NCBI GenBank assembly: GCA_973895155.1
Contig: OZ316893.1
Coordinates: forward strand, 3,888,490-3,952,489
Length of the DNA: 64,000 bases
From: Marsupella aquatica
Lineage: Eukaryota; Plantae; Marchantiophyta
Direction: 5' to 3'
Shown here: one piece after another, positions 9,729 to 24,499 of the stretch
Layout of the letters: each line of letters starts with the position of its first letter
Position numbering within the stretch: the stretch's first letter is position 1
Notes under the pieces: model-generated
What the model saw: only the letters and a program-made list of their open reading frames with translations
Databases searched by the model: none
What the model was told of the DNA's origin: nothing
Made by a program: the position numbers and the translations under genes

Positions 9729-12260
9729 GCTTGGGCACATTGTTCCACCAAATTAGTGGATGATTTATTGGGATGGATAGTATCTTATGACATTGAATTC
9801 ATAGTCTAATTGTTTGATGCGGGCTCTTCACGATCTAGTGTATCAGTCGAGTGCGCACGTTGTATAAGTTGTGTATATAGGACCTTGTCATACTTGTATA
9901 AAATTCCTCTCTGTCGCTTTCACTTTCTCTTTCGTCCTTTCTCTCTCTCAGCTGCAAGCAATCCGTCGTAAACTGACACGAGTGTTTGGGCTTGAGCACA
10001 TTGTTCAGCTATCGTAGTGGATAATTTAAGGGGACAATACCCTGTGACATGCGGGGTGACATGCACTCATAGTCTGATTGTTTGGCTGTGTGGATCTTCA
10101 CTAGCTGGAGCGTCTTTCGAGTGCAAATCTCTCTGCAAGATTTGTGACAGGAGCCGTGCCATACCTGTATAGTCTTGCTCACTCTCTTTCTTCCAGAGGA
10201 GTTGGAACAGCTTGTTACCATTAGAAGAAGTATTTCGGTAATGAAAGCTGCCGCTGTTTCGAAAAATATGTTCCAGCGGATTGTTTGTGGATGATGATAG
10301 GTGTTACACAGATTCTTTATCTAATTGATGACCACGTTTCACGACCTGCTGAGTGGATGGAGTTCAGGGTTCTATAACATTTGTGAATGGAGCTCTGTTT
10401 CATGTTCGAGTAGCATCAATATGTCTCCATCTCATGAAAAGAAGAGTGCGTGTTTACTATGTTGTCTGCATGTTGCATGTCACCTCCAAGTTTTGAGACA
10501 CAGAGTTCGGAACTGCTTTAGGAATTGTTTCTTTGCTGTTCAGACTGTGTTATTCGCAATGGGCGTGTCCAAGCCGTGCTGGTCAGATGGTTGTTCTCCA
10601 AGGGGCGTGTCAAAAGTCCTGGACATGTTTTTCAACACGGTTTGACACATTTTGGGATCGTCGTCTTTAAAACGCCTTTGGATAGTGAGCTTAGAATGAT
10701 TGACAAAGAAATGTATAAGTTCACAAATCCCGTGGATTTTGAGATGAAATTGATTGCTTGACATTGGGAAGTGTAGGAAAAGCTCTACTTGTGGGATAGA
10801 AAACAAGAGTTAGAATTTAAATTATTTTCGCTCTCGTAAATACGAAGGCTCTGGCAAAGATGCCCGGGAATTGAAGGTTAACCCAGAGCATATAGTTCTA
10901 TCAACGATGCTAATATCTTGAAAGTTATGCTTGAGAACATACTCTCTTGCAATGCTACGGTGTGTCAAATAAAATTTCTGTTCGAAACTTTCTTGCCTGA
11001 AACCCCGGCTTGGTGAGGTCCGTTGGAAATGTTCATACTTATTCCGGCACTGGTTGATTGTGTCGACACACTGGTTTGTAGGGCCAGCGCAGTCACTCGC
11101 CCAAACTTCTGCATCCTGGCCGATAGGGAACTTTTGTCTGAATTCTGAGTCACCCGAGGTTTCAGTTCGGATTCGCAGCTATGTTCCAATTCGTGCTGGT
11201 TTTTCTGTTGTGGGCAGTTCTGTTGTTGGCAGTATGGTGCAAAGCACAACTTTGTACACAAGCTCAAATAACTTTCTCGTTTGCATGATACTTCGTTCCT
11301 TTGTTAGCTTCCATAATATTCCAGCTCTTTTCGGCCAGCCGAGCATTTGATTTTGGGACAACTGAGCAGGCATCCTAAACATCGGGTGACATAATCGCCT
11401 TGTGCAGAATTACGGCAGATTTGTTATGAACCGCAGAAAGGATATTGTAATGGGACAATCATCTAGGCTACATTGTTTTGTATGCCTGGACTTATTCGGC
11501 TTTGCTTTTATAGATATCGTTAAAGAGACGTGATGTTGCACAGGGGCCTGCGGCTGATAAACAAGGGTATATAACAAGATCACACTTGATACGAGGTTAT
11601 GCCTCACTTGACAAACGGACACCTGCTTGTAAATTTAGTCTTGAATTTTCTCCCAATGCATGAGAGAATCTGAAATTTTTCGTTCCGAACTGAATGTGTA
11701 ATGTGCGAGAGGGCCCTTTCATACTTATAACAGATACCATGTCCGATACTCGAGGATCACCATACTTTATATCATTCAAACGATGTGATTTTTACACTCT
11801 CGGAAATCCCCGAAGGAATAGTTTGCTCTATCTATGACATTACCAGGTTTCTATGAAAGGGTACGGTGCACTACCTATTCATAAAATCTTTCCTGAAATG
11901 CCTTAAATTCCGTGAAAATATAAAGAGCCTTACTTTCCTACAGCTTCTCCTCAGCATTCTGACGACCCCCGTGATTGCAGCCCTTGATCGGAGACATTAC
12001 TTTACCCATCGTATTGGTAAGTGTCAAGAGAACATTCGTCTGGACAAGGAACGTCGCAGCAGACATACTTTGCCCCTCGTATTGATAGATGTCAAGAGAA
12101 CATTTGCGTTCCTATATGTGCCATAAAATCCGCTGCAACTTTCGACAGATGACTTTTGTCAACTGTTAGCTGCTGCTAAATAAATCGGTAAACTGGTAGA
12201 ACCCAAGATCTAGATTTCCTATTTACAAAAAATAACATCCAGTTTGACAGCTCCTGATGA

Positions 12261-15200
12261 TCACCGCCGTTGGAAGTTGGTATATTTGATGAGAAGAGCA
12301 AATATGAAGGCCATGGACACAATGACGAACACTTGTTCAATGGCCACATATTTCAAGAAACCGTAGTTGTAACCATAATAACTCTCGATAAAGGCTTTCA
12401 CCGTGATCTCCTGACCCGGCTGATCCGGTATGTTAATGAAGGTCTCAACGTCACCAAGCTGAGATCCAATGAGGCCGTAAAGAGACCATGACGTGGGCGT
12501 ACACCAGTAAAACCAACGCCACCATACAGGCATTTGCTGCAAAATACCACAAAACCAAATTTCGTTCTATCTTAGATTCTGTGAAAATTCGACTGAGAAA
12601 ACATTCAACCATCTGAAGCTTCTGAGTCTGTTTTGAGATATGATGAAAACTAATTTGAAAGTACACGGAACAGCACAATTCGGATTATCCGAATACTCGC
12701 GCAGGAGTGAACAACCAGTTTCTGTTCAACTATTAAAATGGGTCTTGCCTGCCAATCCAATTCTTGTAGACAATGAGTGTACATTTGCTTGCTCGAGGCG
12801 TTAGAAGAGCTATACGGTACCACGCATTGCACTACCCGGGTAGACTACACCAGCGAAATTTCCACACAGGAGTTTTGAAACCTTACCTTTCTTGTGATCG
12901 TAAACCCTGAGAAGAGATTGAAGAGTCCGAAGAGCGACGTCGCAAGAATGCTAGCCGTTTGAGCGTTAGCGGTGGCTGCAACGCTCAACATACCCCAATA
13001 TACGTAGAAAAGTAACGTGAAGAACACGAAGTAGAAAAACCAGAGGACTTTGGCGTACTGCCACTCGAATTGAATCATGGGGTAGACGATGCAGGTGAAG
13101 AGAATGGTCTGGAGAAACACGAGAGGACACTCGATAGAAAACTGCATTTATGCCAGTCAAACGAGCGATGAGGTTAAGGCGCGCCTAGCTCTCGATACCA
13201 TTTTTTCTTTGACAATCGTTAGGACGACGATGGCGATAATTTGATTGGCCTACGTATAAAATGGATCTCCGCGGATTACGTTCATTACGTTCTGGACAAG
13301 GAACGTCACAGCAGTGATCGCGAATCTAGGCATTTCACATATTATCTCATTCCAAGCGAGCGTACCTGTGCCAAGGCATAAGTCAGAGGGGAATACATCC
13401 CAGCCCCTCGCTCACGATAATACACTATTCGTTCAATTCCCACGACAGGTTGAATTGCCAACGTGGCATTGGCTCCAAAAAACAACACGGAACAATAGAG
13501 TCCGCCCATCAAGTTGAAGATATCTTGCTGTGTGCCTCTGCAGTTCAATCCAATCGAATTCAGATTAGATAGACGGGCGCCTTATTTTTGTGCAGATCAA
13601 ATCCTTTTCCTCTATCGCAAATACGTATGCTATTTGATAGGAAAAAGGAGAGGAGCTAGACGCCAACGGGATTTATCCCTCTGAGACTACTTTTTGCTCA
13701 GTCGGGTGATCAAATACTGGGTCTGAAGCATACCTTTTAGTCCCGAGGCCCCAGAAAATAGATCCGACAATACTGCCCATGGAGATAGTGAACAAGAATT
13801 TCACTCCAGAGTAGGTGGTATTGCGCCAGTAAGACATGCCCATTTTCCAGAAGCATGCCAAGCATTGCACTCGGAAAGATTGTGCGTACACTGTTGGGAA
13901 CTCCAAGTCCTTGGAACCCGGAGCCGGTATGCTTAATTGCTTGATGACAGCGGCATTCGCTCTGCATAAATGCCACATCGTCAGTTGAATAGATAATCTT
14001 GAGATGGCATCATAGAAACGGGAGGAGCACTTCCGTAAAACAGGTGTACATCATTATGGGCCTCTGGACCCTCAGTCGCAGTAATCCAGCCAGATTCTTA
14101 AAACCCAGCTACTTCCATATTTCAGACAGATGGCGTATACGTATACAATTTGAGCAAGATATGAGCTATGATTTTAGACAATTTGCATAGAATTAGACTA
14201 TGGAATGACTACGCAATCATATATCTGGTGATGAGTATTTGTTGACATCGCCAGCGGATAAGCGCGATTCAAATTACTCTTTGCTTTTCAGAATCTTTCT
14301 TCAGGGTTTTTTAACAAAATTTTAGCACTTACTGGTATGCAGATGACTTGGCGTAAATTTCTGCGAAGTTGACTCCGATCCTGGATTCTGTGGAGATGGA
14401 GCTGACCTCCAGCATCCACGTCGCTGGGTTGTAGCCTTCTTTTATTTTTGGCACTCCCGGAACAGCCTGGGAAGACCCAAAACATTCATGACCAGATTTT
14501 TTAAGCAATACTCATTATCATTGTTGTGTTCGCAGGGATGCGAACTTATAATCGAGGTTTTGGAAAAAACTTAAAGTGACAAAATACCCCATTACGACAA
14601 CAAACCTCAAGCGAGATTACAAGATCATCCGCAGATGACGTGCACATCACATAATTGGCTTCAATTTGTTAAAGGCAAATCTAGAACTATTGAGTATCTA
14701 AAAACTGTGTTATAAGTCCTACAGTCACGACCGCCATCACAATTGGGAATTAAATTTACGAAACGAGTTCAAGAGGGGAGTGAAAATTTCTCTACCTCAA
14801 AATATGCAATGAGGTTTTTCGAGTGTAGACCAAGGGGCCCTCCGTAAATAGTTTCCCCTCCACGTTTCAAGAGTAACAACTGCGGTTGCAAACAGCGAAC
14901 AACGGCTTGAACTGAATTCATAACATATAGGTGTGTATACACAATTCCAAAAGGTGAATTGCAGGATTGCTGCAAGCCAAAGGATCAAGGCATCTGATCT
15001 ATAGACTAGATTGAATTAATTACATTGCAAGGTTCCTGAAAATTTGAGTACCTCATCGAAGGCTTCAAATATATCAATACTGGGTTGATGAATTGTACAA
15101 ACGACAGTACGACCAGTATCTCCGATGTTCCTGACTGCTCTCATGACAATGGCAGCAGCTCGGGCGTCCAATCCGGAAGTTGGCTCGTCCATGAAGATTA

Positions 15201-18200
15201 TAGAAGGGTTAGCTACCAACTCCACTGCTATTGTTAACCTCTTTCTTTGCTCTGTTGACAGGCCCGACTCACCAGGTAGCCCTACAACAAAATCTCGTAA
15301 CACATCAAGCTCTACGAGGCTCATCACTTCCTCCACGAACATCTGCATTTAACACCCGGTACTCCCATTATAAACATTTCGGGCGATTTCGAGACGGAAG
15401 AAGCAATATCCTCGACATATTACTAAGCGTTTGAAGCTACATAAATCCTCGCATAAATCCAGATTCGTGAGGCAGTTCAAAGAAGAGAAATTGGCAATCG
15501 ACGTCAAGATTTCCAGAATTTCCAAATAAGCCTTACCATACGAGTTCGTTTATCGACGTCAGGCGACAAACGCATCCAGGCCGAGTATACAAGGGATTCA
15601 AAAACTGTTATATTTGGAGAATGAATGTCGCTTTGTTCGCAATATCCAGCGATCCGGGCGAATGTCTCCTGCTTCTTTGGATATCCGGAGATCAAAATCT
15701 CACCTTCCACATAACCTCTCGTTTTGCGCCCCGCCAATACATCCATTAGTGTTGTTTTTCCTGGACAGTCGACACACCAATCCTTATAACTTTTATGTAC
15801 TTAGATATTCGGGTGATGTGCCTCAATTCAGTACATTCGCCACAAATGCAAACCTTGCCAAATTCTTTACTACTAGTAAAGTTCACAAAGTACTTGATAA
15901 CTTTATCCATTAAATAGCGTTGTATTGCCTCCAGGAAAGTAGAGCTGGTCATATTTACCGGCTCCGCTTACGCCAACTAACGCTGTAATTACTCCTGGCC
16001 GAAATGCACCACTCACGTTGCTTAAAAGTTGCAGTTTGTCATCCGTTACTCCATGCTCTTTCATTTGCTGCACACGTATTAAAACAACGCAGAGATGATT
16101 AATTAATTTACACTACTGTAGTTGAACAGTTCTCAACTGTGTTCAAATTCAAAACTGCTACACTCCGGCATCGCAAACCTTCTAAATTATGACTTAATTT
16201 GTTGAAGCCAGCTATTAACCTATTCAGTTTGAAGAGCCATTATCAAAGTCGTTGACAAGACTGTGTCCCTGATATGTCATATCGTACGGGATATCATATC
16301 ACATCTTCCAGACACAAGCACGAAGAGGAAAGATAATTCTGTCCAACACACTTTCGCAGATTGGAAGTATGAAAAGCTTAATCCAGACTATTGCAACCGA
16401 TCGCAGCAATTTAAACTCGTATCCATAAAGAATACTTCGTGCGTACCTCAGGCATATCGACGTAGTAATTGACCTTGTCGAAAGTGATGCAGAGTGGTAT
16501 GAAAGGTAGGACCATTCCTTTCGGGCCCTGTGGAAGTCCATCGTCCTCAAATCCGCTTGACCTTGGTGTTCCAACGGATTGCATCGAAACTCTACCTTGA
16601 CTCGTAGCCTGGGCCAACTTGTCACCTGTCATGCACCCAAAAGCAAAGATGAGATAATTGAATGTCTGCGAAGCCCGAGATGAAACTCTCTCCTGTCCAC
16701 ATCTCGAGTTACAGTTATCTCTAAACGTTTCAACCCAGCATTTCCTTTTGCTCCACAAGTAGAACGCATTGTAATAGTTTTCTCTAGCAAGTGTAACAAG
16801 CGATAGGGTACCGTTTTAGAAGACAAACTACTCAGTAGTTAAGAGACAAAGTTTCGCAAGAGCGAAATAACAAGAGCACCGGAAGACTGACTCACCACTC
16901 AGATTTGAGAAACTAGCAGGTGACTTCCCTTGTATTGCTGTGAATCCGTTCTGCGACATACTATCTCGTCGTATAGAATCTCCTCGTTGAGAGTCTTTGG
17001 TCGATTCGTCTAATGTTTCATGTGAGATCAAAGCACGAGATCTCACGATAGGAGGAGCTGCATCGAAAGATTCCAATTTTCGTTCAATTTGACTGTCAAT
17101 TGAAGTTGACCAAGTGACTCCAATTGCCCTATCTAGACTGACTGTGAGATGTACAACATGAGCCACTACTAAATGTACATGAGTAAATTTCTCAGTTCTA
17201 GCTGAACTCCAAAAAAGATCCGTTCAACTATGAGTGTCCAGTTTCAGTGTACGCTTTGGAATTGGCAAAGGTAATAAGAAATCCATCTGAGGACTAAGAC
17301 ATGACGCATACTACACGCTCTATATATTTGTCCCACGCATGGGCTAGACGAATAAATGAGTCAGACAGTACGGGAACTACTTACGGTCGAGATATTGTAA
17401 ACTCAGCGTGAACAATATATTGAACAGAAAGACGAACCCCATAAGAGCACCAATACTGAGCCAGACCCAGTATCCTCTGGTTTCTAGCCCCCTATGTTGT
17501 AGAGCGGCTATTCCAAGGGTGGTGTTGCCAAAAGGCTGCATCAATGCCGAACAACTTCGTCAGCTTCGAGAAGGCCCGTATACAATATCTGTCGCACACT
17601 AGGTAGATTGCTCAACCAGCCTGGGTCTGTCTTCAAGCAGACTGTTATCTCTTCATGTAGAAGAATATAGCATTCTTGGAATACACAAATCATGATATCA
17701 CGGTAACACACAATCTTTTGGCTCAACAGGGCCTGATGAAAGATCAAAACTAAGACTGTACTGCAGTTAGCCTACTCTCGACTGAGGTGTGGCTATGTGT
17801 ACCTTGTTCCATTCCTTCGATAGAAACTCGTTCAGACTGATAGCCTGTTGCCCATACATAAGGGATGAACACCATGATGCCCATTTCCACCATACGGGAA
17901 TATTATCTGCAGCACAGCAACAACGGGAGCTAAAGTGAGTGTCATTCCTACAATCCACTCTGTATACTCAGACGATTAAACCGTTACAATCAAGTGCTCA
18001 GAAAGGAGCCTAGAACTTCGTGTAGAATTTTCTCTTAGACATCTCGAGGTCATCGATTGAACGCTAATGTCTCTCTCCATCACTAAAATTGAGTAGTGAG
18101 TCTTGCATGAGTGGAGTTGAAATTCAAGTTTAACTCACTTCTCGCCAAGACAAATCCTCCCAGCAGGATCGTGATTAGGTTAAAAGTAGATCCTACGTTC

Positions 18201-21200
18201 ATGGCGGCCACCCTGGTCCTTGCGGCTGCAGCAGCGAATCGGAAAATTCCAATGGTTGCCTGATTGGTTAAGATGAGTACCAAGAATAGCCTGAAAAATC
18301 TGCATGTACTCAAAAACCAACTTTCTCGGGTTAATTACAAAGATTGTCTCAGACAAAGTTTGATGTTCAAAAGATGAAGCAATCAAATTCTTTTCAATAA
18401 ATGTTAAATTCCAAGTGAAATCAATTAATGTGTCTGTGCGTAGTTACAGACTGCGCCACAGACGACATATTGAGATTGTGAGAGGTGCTTGCCTGCCAGC
18501 TTCAGGGGAAAAACCCGTAACGAAATAAACAACGACCAAGTAAACTCCTGCTTCCATGATCGTCCAGGGTATCCTCAAGACGAACATCGGGATTGTCAGG
18601 GCCCAAGCAGGATAAAGAGACAACTCCTTTTCTTTGAAGTAGACAGGAAGCCGCATAACAGTAAAGGAGAGTTCCGCAAGCCCAGCGGTCATGATGAAAA
18701 GGAGGCAAAAAAAGAGCGCCCCCATATACACAGTGGCATTGTTTATGGTGTCGTGGTGCAACGTGGTGCGGAGGTACAATGTTGATGCGATGAGGGCAAC
18801 GATTCCAATCTGGCAGATGTGTCATTCACGAATCTTAATTAGAAAGAGCCTCCAATTAGATCGCCAATATCCAACATAATTCTTGTCATAATAGAGTTAT
18901 ATGCCAATAAAAGGAATAACTCATCTCCGATACCACTGAGCAGATTTGTTAGGTTGTACTGCTTAGAACACGGCTGACGAAGTCTGGGTATACTACTTGA
19001 TCATGAATATTTCATCTAGAATGAGCTTGAGGCTAAGGCTTAATCTGTATAGCAATCCGATCGAACGGGATTGAATTTCACATTCGTCGAACTGAGATTC
19101 GTGACTAATTAGATTACGCTGTGTAGTTTCTAGCTCAAATAGAGAACACGTAGCAATTCATTATATTGAGAACAAATTGTTTTTGAAGAGCATTGAGGTG
19201 TAGAACGTACAATTCATTGATTTACGTAGAACTATATATTGAACACGTAGCAATTCATTACATTATGATCAAATTTGTCTGGAATAGATTGAGACTGAAC
19301 TGAGCAGAAATAGGACTGAATTTAGAAATGCGGTTCAGTACAGTTGCGTACTGTCTTGATTTAGATACGCGCTTCAGAACTCAGTCTTGATCGAGACACA
19401 ACATATTCCAAACCTAGCAGGACAGGAATTTCCACAGCTCACCTGTACAACTTTGGCAACGTATGTCGCCCTGTGTCGTTGCATGAGGACGACCTCCCGC
19501 TGAAAACAAGCCTTCAGCAGCTCGCGCTTACTCAAGGCATACTTGTCATATACTAGGGCCGCCGGGTGGCTCTGCGATTTGTCATATGGAACGGAAAGCT
19601 CCTTCTGAATATTTTGGCCGACATGAAAACTTCTGAAGCCGTCCACAAATCTTGAGACACTAACGTATTCGTAGGGTACTGACTTATCCGCCCAATATTG
19701 ACGCTGATCTTTGCGTGACGTTACCTGTAGAAAACCCGAATATCTACGTAAGAATGTCTACGTAAATGCAAGGTGACACATCTGCGTTTAAATAGTCTCC
19801 CGCAGATCACAGCCGCCGTCTCGGAAGCTGCATATCTATCAATAATATAAATTTTGAAATTTTGAAACCAAGCCGTAGTCATTTGCGACTTTGCCCACAT
19901 AACGACTGAACCTCGTTATCCGTCCCTTCCCGATTATTCCCGGCCACCACTCGTATGATTCACACATTTGAGGACATCACGAATTCGTTCAGTCAATTAC
20001 CAAAAAGCTCCTGTAGCTAGTCAATATTCAAATCAGCTAGCAAATTTCGATTACGAGTAGAAGAAAATCTCAACGTATGTACCTCCTGCAGAAAGTCAGC
20101 AGTTGCCTTACGTTCAGGGCACCTGAATCCCATGTAAGCCACAAATTCCAGGACGCTACTGCACGGGCCTTGATAAACAATTTGGCCGTCTGCGAGGAGG
20201 ATGACGTCGTCGAAAAGGCTATATGTTTCGGGAGGAGGCTGCAGAAGTGAAACAACAATGGTGCTGTTCATCAAGTGCACGATCTGCCGAAGCATCTTCG
20301 TTATCTGGAATGTCGTTGAGCTGTCTAAGCCGGTGGATATTTCATCCATGAACAGAGCCTTCGCCGGTCCTACCAACATCTCAGCTGTAGCCAGCAAGGT
20401 GAGATCACTGGGGCGCTCAATAGAAAGTGGAACTGAAAGGTTGATTTATAATGGTGGCCAACTAGCGAGAATTTATCCAAGAGATGTTCCCGGAGATGTC
20501 CCCGGAGATGTCTCTCATGAGCTTGTCTTTCAACGTAAACTTGTCAAATCATATCGTTTGGCACAAACCGAATTGGATGCGCTGGGGTCGAGATTTCTGC
20601 AGCTTACCAGTGGTGACTCGTTTCTTCTGTCCACCAGATATCCCCCTGCGCATCGCGTCTCCCATCCGCGTGTCCGCGCAAATATCGAGCCCCATTAACT
20701 GCATGTGACATAACGCAGCTCAGAACTGGTGGGACTGATGGAGATTTTCTTCTGCATAGTCTGGGCACTCTCGAACTTTCCTTACTTCCGAAAAGCCAAC
20801 TATTCCCTGATTTTCCATTGCTGGAATTATTTCACATCGTGGCATGTTTAGATTAATTTGGTTCCACAAGAAACTGCATTGACAAGTAACTTGCGGCAAT
20901 CTTCGATGTACCTTCATGACATAATCTGTTACCAAATTGGTTGACTGACCCATCACGGCAGTTGCCTGTCACAGTGTCGGGAGAGTAAGGAGTTAAGTCA
21001 TACAAAAGATAATTGTCTTATATATATGGAAATTAATTGCAAAAAGTAAAAATCCACGACATTTCCGACCTTCTAAAATTCGGATGAGTTCCTGCGACGA
21101 GGCTCAGAAATCTAACCACACCTTTAAATAAATATCGATATCCGCTTCGGGTTTAATTCCTGCTTCTCGTTCTCGTTTGGTCAGCTCCGATAACATGTCT

Positions 21201-23445
21201 GCAAGAAGGATAGGAGCCGTTCCCGATCATGCAAATGGGAACTTAAATTCCCATGCGAATCTTTAAATTCATCCTATCATGACCGAATAAGACTCTGCAA
21301 ACTATCGTACTTCTGACACTCGAGCACAAATTTTGATGTAATCATCCGTACACATCGATCAGGTAACTCACCGTATCTATTACCGATTCCTTGAACACGA
21401 CTGTAGAAATCAAGATCTTCTCTTACAGTCAATTCTGGGGTCTGAAGATCATTTTGGCTGATGTAAGCTGAAGTTTTCCGCGGAACGAAATCATCCATCT
21501 TATGTCCGTTGTACGTAATCTCCCCAGAGACCTGCAATGCTTATATTAATTTGGATTCACGCCTTGAATTGCAAAGCAAATTCACAGCTAGAATCTACAC
21601 AGACCTCGAGATCGTACTTGTGTCTATATCATTAATGCAGAATGGGCACTTCATCATTGATGCAGCCCTCTTATGGTGCTGCAATTGAACATTCCACACC
21701 AAGCTGAATTTGGTAACCCTCTGCACAAGACTTCATGTGTTTGCAAGGTTCGGGGAAAACTGAACGGAACTTACCTGAAGACCGTTCTCAAGTCTTCCAG
21801 CGATGGCCCGTAGCAAAGTAGTCCGGCCAGATTGCGGTGGCCCAAGGAGCAAAGTTAGCCTGCATATAAACTTAAATTAGCGAATTGATATAGCAACCTT
21901 GCCACAAGAAGAAAATTCATAATCAAAACGTTTGATCAAACAATTCCAGCAATGTTAATGTTAGTAAACTCCTACAAGATGAACATAATGCTTCTATTTC
22001 TGCATTCAATTGACGCCTGCAGACTATCACTTTTAATGTGCAGATTCAATGGCCTCGCAACGTCTGTTTCCAGAATCGAGGTCATGTTCATCCAAGATGA
22101 AGTTTAAACTGAACCTTTTTGGCTTCAAAACTCCGCTGACGTCTTTGAGAATATGCACCTTCACTTTCTTGGTAGCACCTAGTTTTTGGAATGGCCACTG
22201 CACGAAATCACAGTAACGCAATTCACTAACTTTAGGGGACATCTCAATTCAATTTTGACATTAACGAAGATGAAGGAGATCTTAAAATGTATGGGGAATG
22301 ATTTCGGAAAATGGAGGTCAAATTTGAGAATACACACGACGTGTGACTGTACCTCGATTACAGATTTGAAGAAGTTTGGTAGACTCGGCGTAGCTCGGCT
22401 TCCCAATTGCACTTCCGCATCAACATTCAGATGCTCATATCGAACCTCGATCGTTGGCAGCTCAATACCCACCCTAAATTTGCGTGCAACACATCGTCGT
22501 CAGAGTGGTCGCACAGCGACAGATTGCAATCATGAAAATCTGCCTTCTATATGTGAATAAATCACTGTCAATCATTCGTGATAAAAATCTCGATAAAGAG
22601 TGTATCCACTACTTCATTTGCGTATCGGTTCCGAAGGCCTCGCGATGCCTATCGAGATGGAGAGCACGTACGTAGTCTTCAGACCAAACGAGAGAAACTC
22701 CCTAAATGTCGTCCAAATTCCGATGAATCCACGTAGCTACGCAGATGGGCACCTGATTTACTGTGGCCCACAAGAATTCAATGGCACTCCAAGAGTGCTC
22801 CTCACCCAACGTACACAGCACTTCAAAATTTCAAATTTCACTTGTGACTGATATTTCGAGCGTAGAAAACGGGGCTCAAATGAATTTCTCTTGTTCAGGT
22901 TTACAAAGGTCACGTATTGAACCAATGAAGTGCGTCACTACTCATTCTACTTGTAAAATTTGACTACCTTACCTATCCAGTCTTCCCCGGAGCTTCGTTA
23001 AAAAAATCTCGTTGTCCTCTTCCGTCACGCGCAAAATCCTCTCGATAATGTGCTGTCGATCTTCTACGCTCATTTTCGTGACATCTATTTCTTCCGTCTT
23101 CTTCATCCCATCGTCGCCAACGTATTTCAGCACCGCGGTTCTGAGCCTGTCGAACGTCGGGAGCTTCTCGAGTGCTGCCCAATGCAAAGCTTCCTCGTCT
23201 CCCGCCGCGCTCGACACCGAAGATTGTCGAGAAAAAACATTGTCCGTGACGAGAACGTTTTCGCCGGAGCCAACATTGGCCATCCATTGTGAGGCAGATA
23301 CCCCTCTCGAGCCTCTACTCGACCTGTTTCGCCACAACTCGCTCCCGTCTCCCACGTCTATGCGAGTATCACTGACTCTACCATACGAACCAGACTTTCT
23401 CCCGGTTATGGACCTATTCCGCGGCAACTCTCCTACCGATCCCAT
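12261..23445 (-). CDS. PDR: Pleiotropic drug resistance (PDR) / full-size ABCG transporter, ~25 exons, NBD1-TMD1-NBD2-TMD2
   Basis: Exons encode [23 protein letters not shown], Walker [106 protein letters not shown] and C-terminal NFQRR*. Introns are GT-AG except one GC-AG. Exon 1 is 23445-22973 and the last exon is ~12536-12261. No disabling stop was seen in the exons traced. Confidence 0.95.
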
Positions 23446-23751
23446 CGCTGCTACCTCACAAATCCCTCAGTTATCTCTAGAGTACCTGTCGTAGCAAAAC
23501 TTAGCTACTAACTCCAATTGAGATTCCTTCAGGCAAGTTGGGAGACATGGATTCCCGCAGAGAACTTTCGAATTGTTGCCAGAGAGAATTGCCTACAGGT
23601 TCGTTCATCTACCTGTGCTTTCAAAATTGGCAAAATTGTGGTGAAGCTGCACAAGAACTGAGACAGTATCGCCGATCTACGCTGGCCAATTTGCTACCAC
23701 CCTGCATCTTTCTAAGCTTGGGGTCTAGCTGCCGAATCTCTTGCGCGACCC

Positions 23752-23841
23752 ATCAAATACTCTTGCTCCGTGGACGATCGACCAAATACTCCTGCTCCGT
23801 GGACGATCCACCAAATGCTCTTGCTCCGTGGACGATCCACA
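23752..23841. repeat. 3 x 29-bp tandem repeat in the putative 5'UTR of the PDR gene
   Basis: Unit caaatactcttgctccgtggacgatcgac; the core tgctccg occurs at 23764, 23793 and 23822. Confidence 0.9.
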
Positions 23842-23877
23842 ACCCTCCCTCGAGCGTCGGAATTCTGATGCATCACG

Positions 23878-23889
23878 ATATATATATAG
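23878..23889 (-). promoter_or_regulatory. Putative TATA box of the PDR gene
   Basis: CTATATATATAT on the minus strand ~440 bp upstream of the ATG. The position is plausible but the TSS is not known. Confidence 0.45.
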
Positions 23890-24499
23890 CTCTAGGTATC
23901 TCGTCCACGCAAAGTCTTTGGACACATGACCGGTGTGAGGTCCATTCGGAAAAGAAGCTGCAGCACAGTTGTAAGTAACAAATTATAGGTTTCGCAGCTT
24001 TCCGCTTCAGTCCCGAAGCATATCCTTGCAGGAATTGCTTCCAAGGACACGTGCTTGGTGAGTCGGCCAGATCTACCTCTTGCGTCCGAAACACCCAGAG
24101 CACTGTGCCATACTTTATGGATGAGAAAGGCAACTGGCTGCTTCCGAGCTTCTACTGTACAATTGTGTAGTTTAAATATTTTATATGCTTTTCCGTCCCC
24201 GTCGGGTCGAGTCCAGCGAATTTAGTGTAAAAATAAAGGAACCTGAGAATCGCAATCCAACAGAGCACCGCATCAGGTGCAAAAGGAGATATGTCACTGA
24301 CTGGTCAGTAGCATTCCTGGCCTACCGCTCCCCACAACCACATTAGTACAATACGCCCCTCTACAAGGTGATGACGACCTCATTTTACAATGACACTCAA
24401 CGGGCCAGCTTGCATGTGGGCCCTTTGTAACCACCAATCAATATGAATTAAATCTATTTAGAATAAGACTCATTTAGTTAATTAAACAAAATACAGTAG

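Noticed and set aside
10000-11800. Short ORFs between the DUF3110-like and PDR genes
   Set aside because: No recognisable domain or consistent exon structure.
23012-23494. 160-aa plus-strand ORF (and similar ORFs at 8807-9238 and 54897-55220)
   Set aside because: These are antisense shadows of real coding exons.
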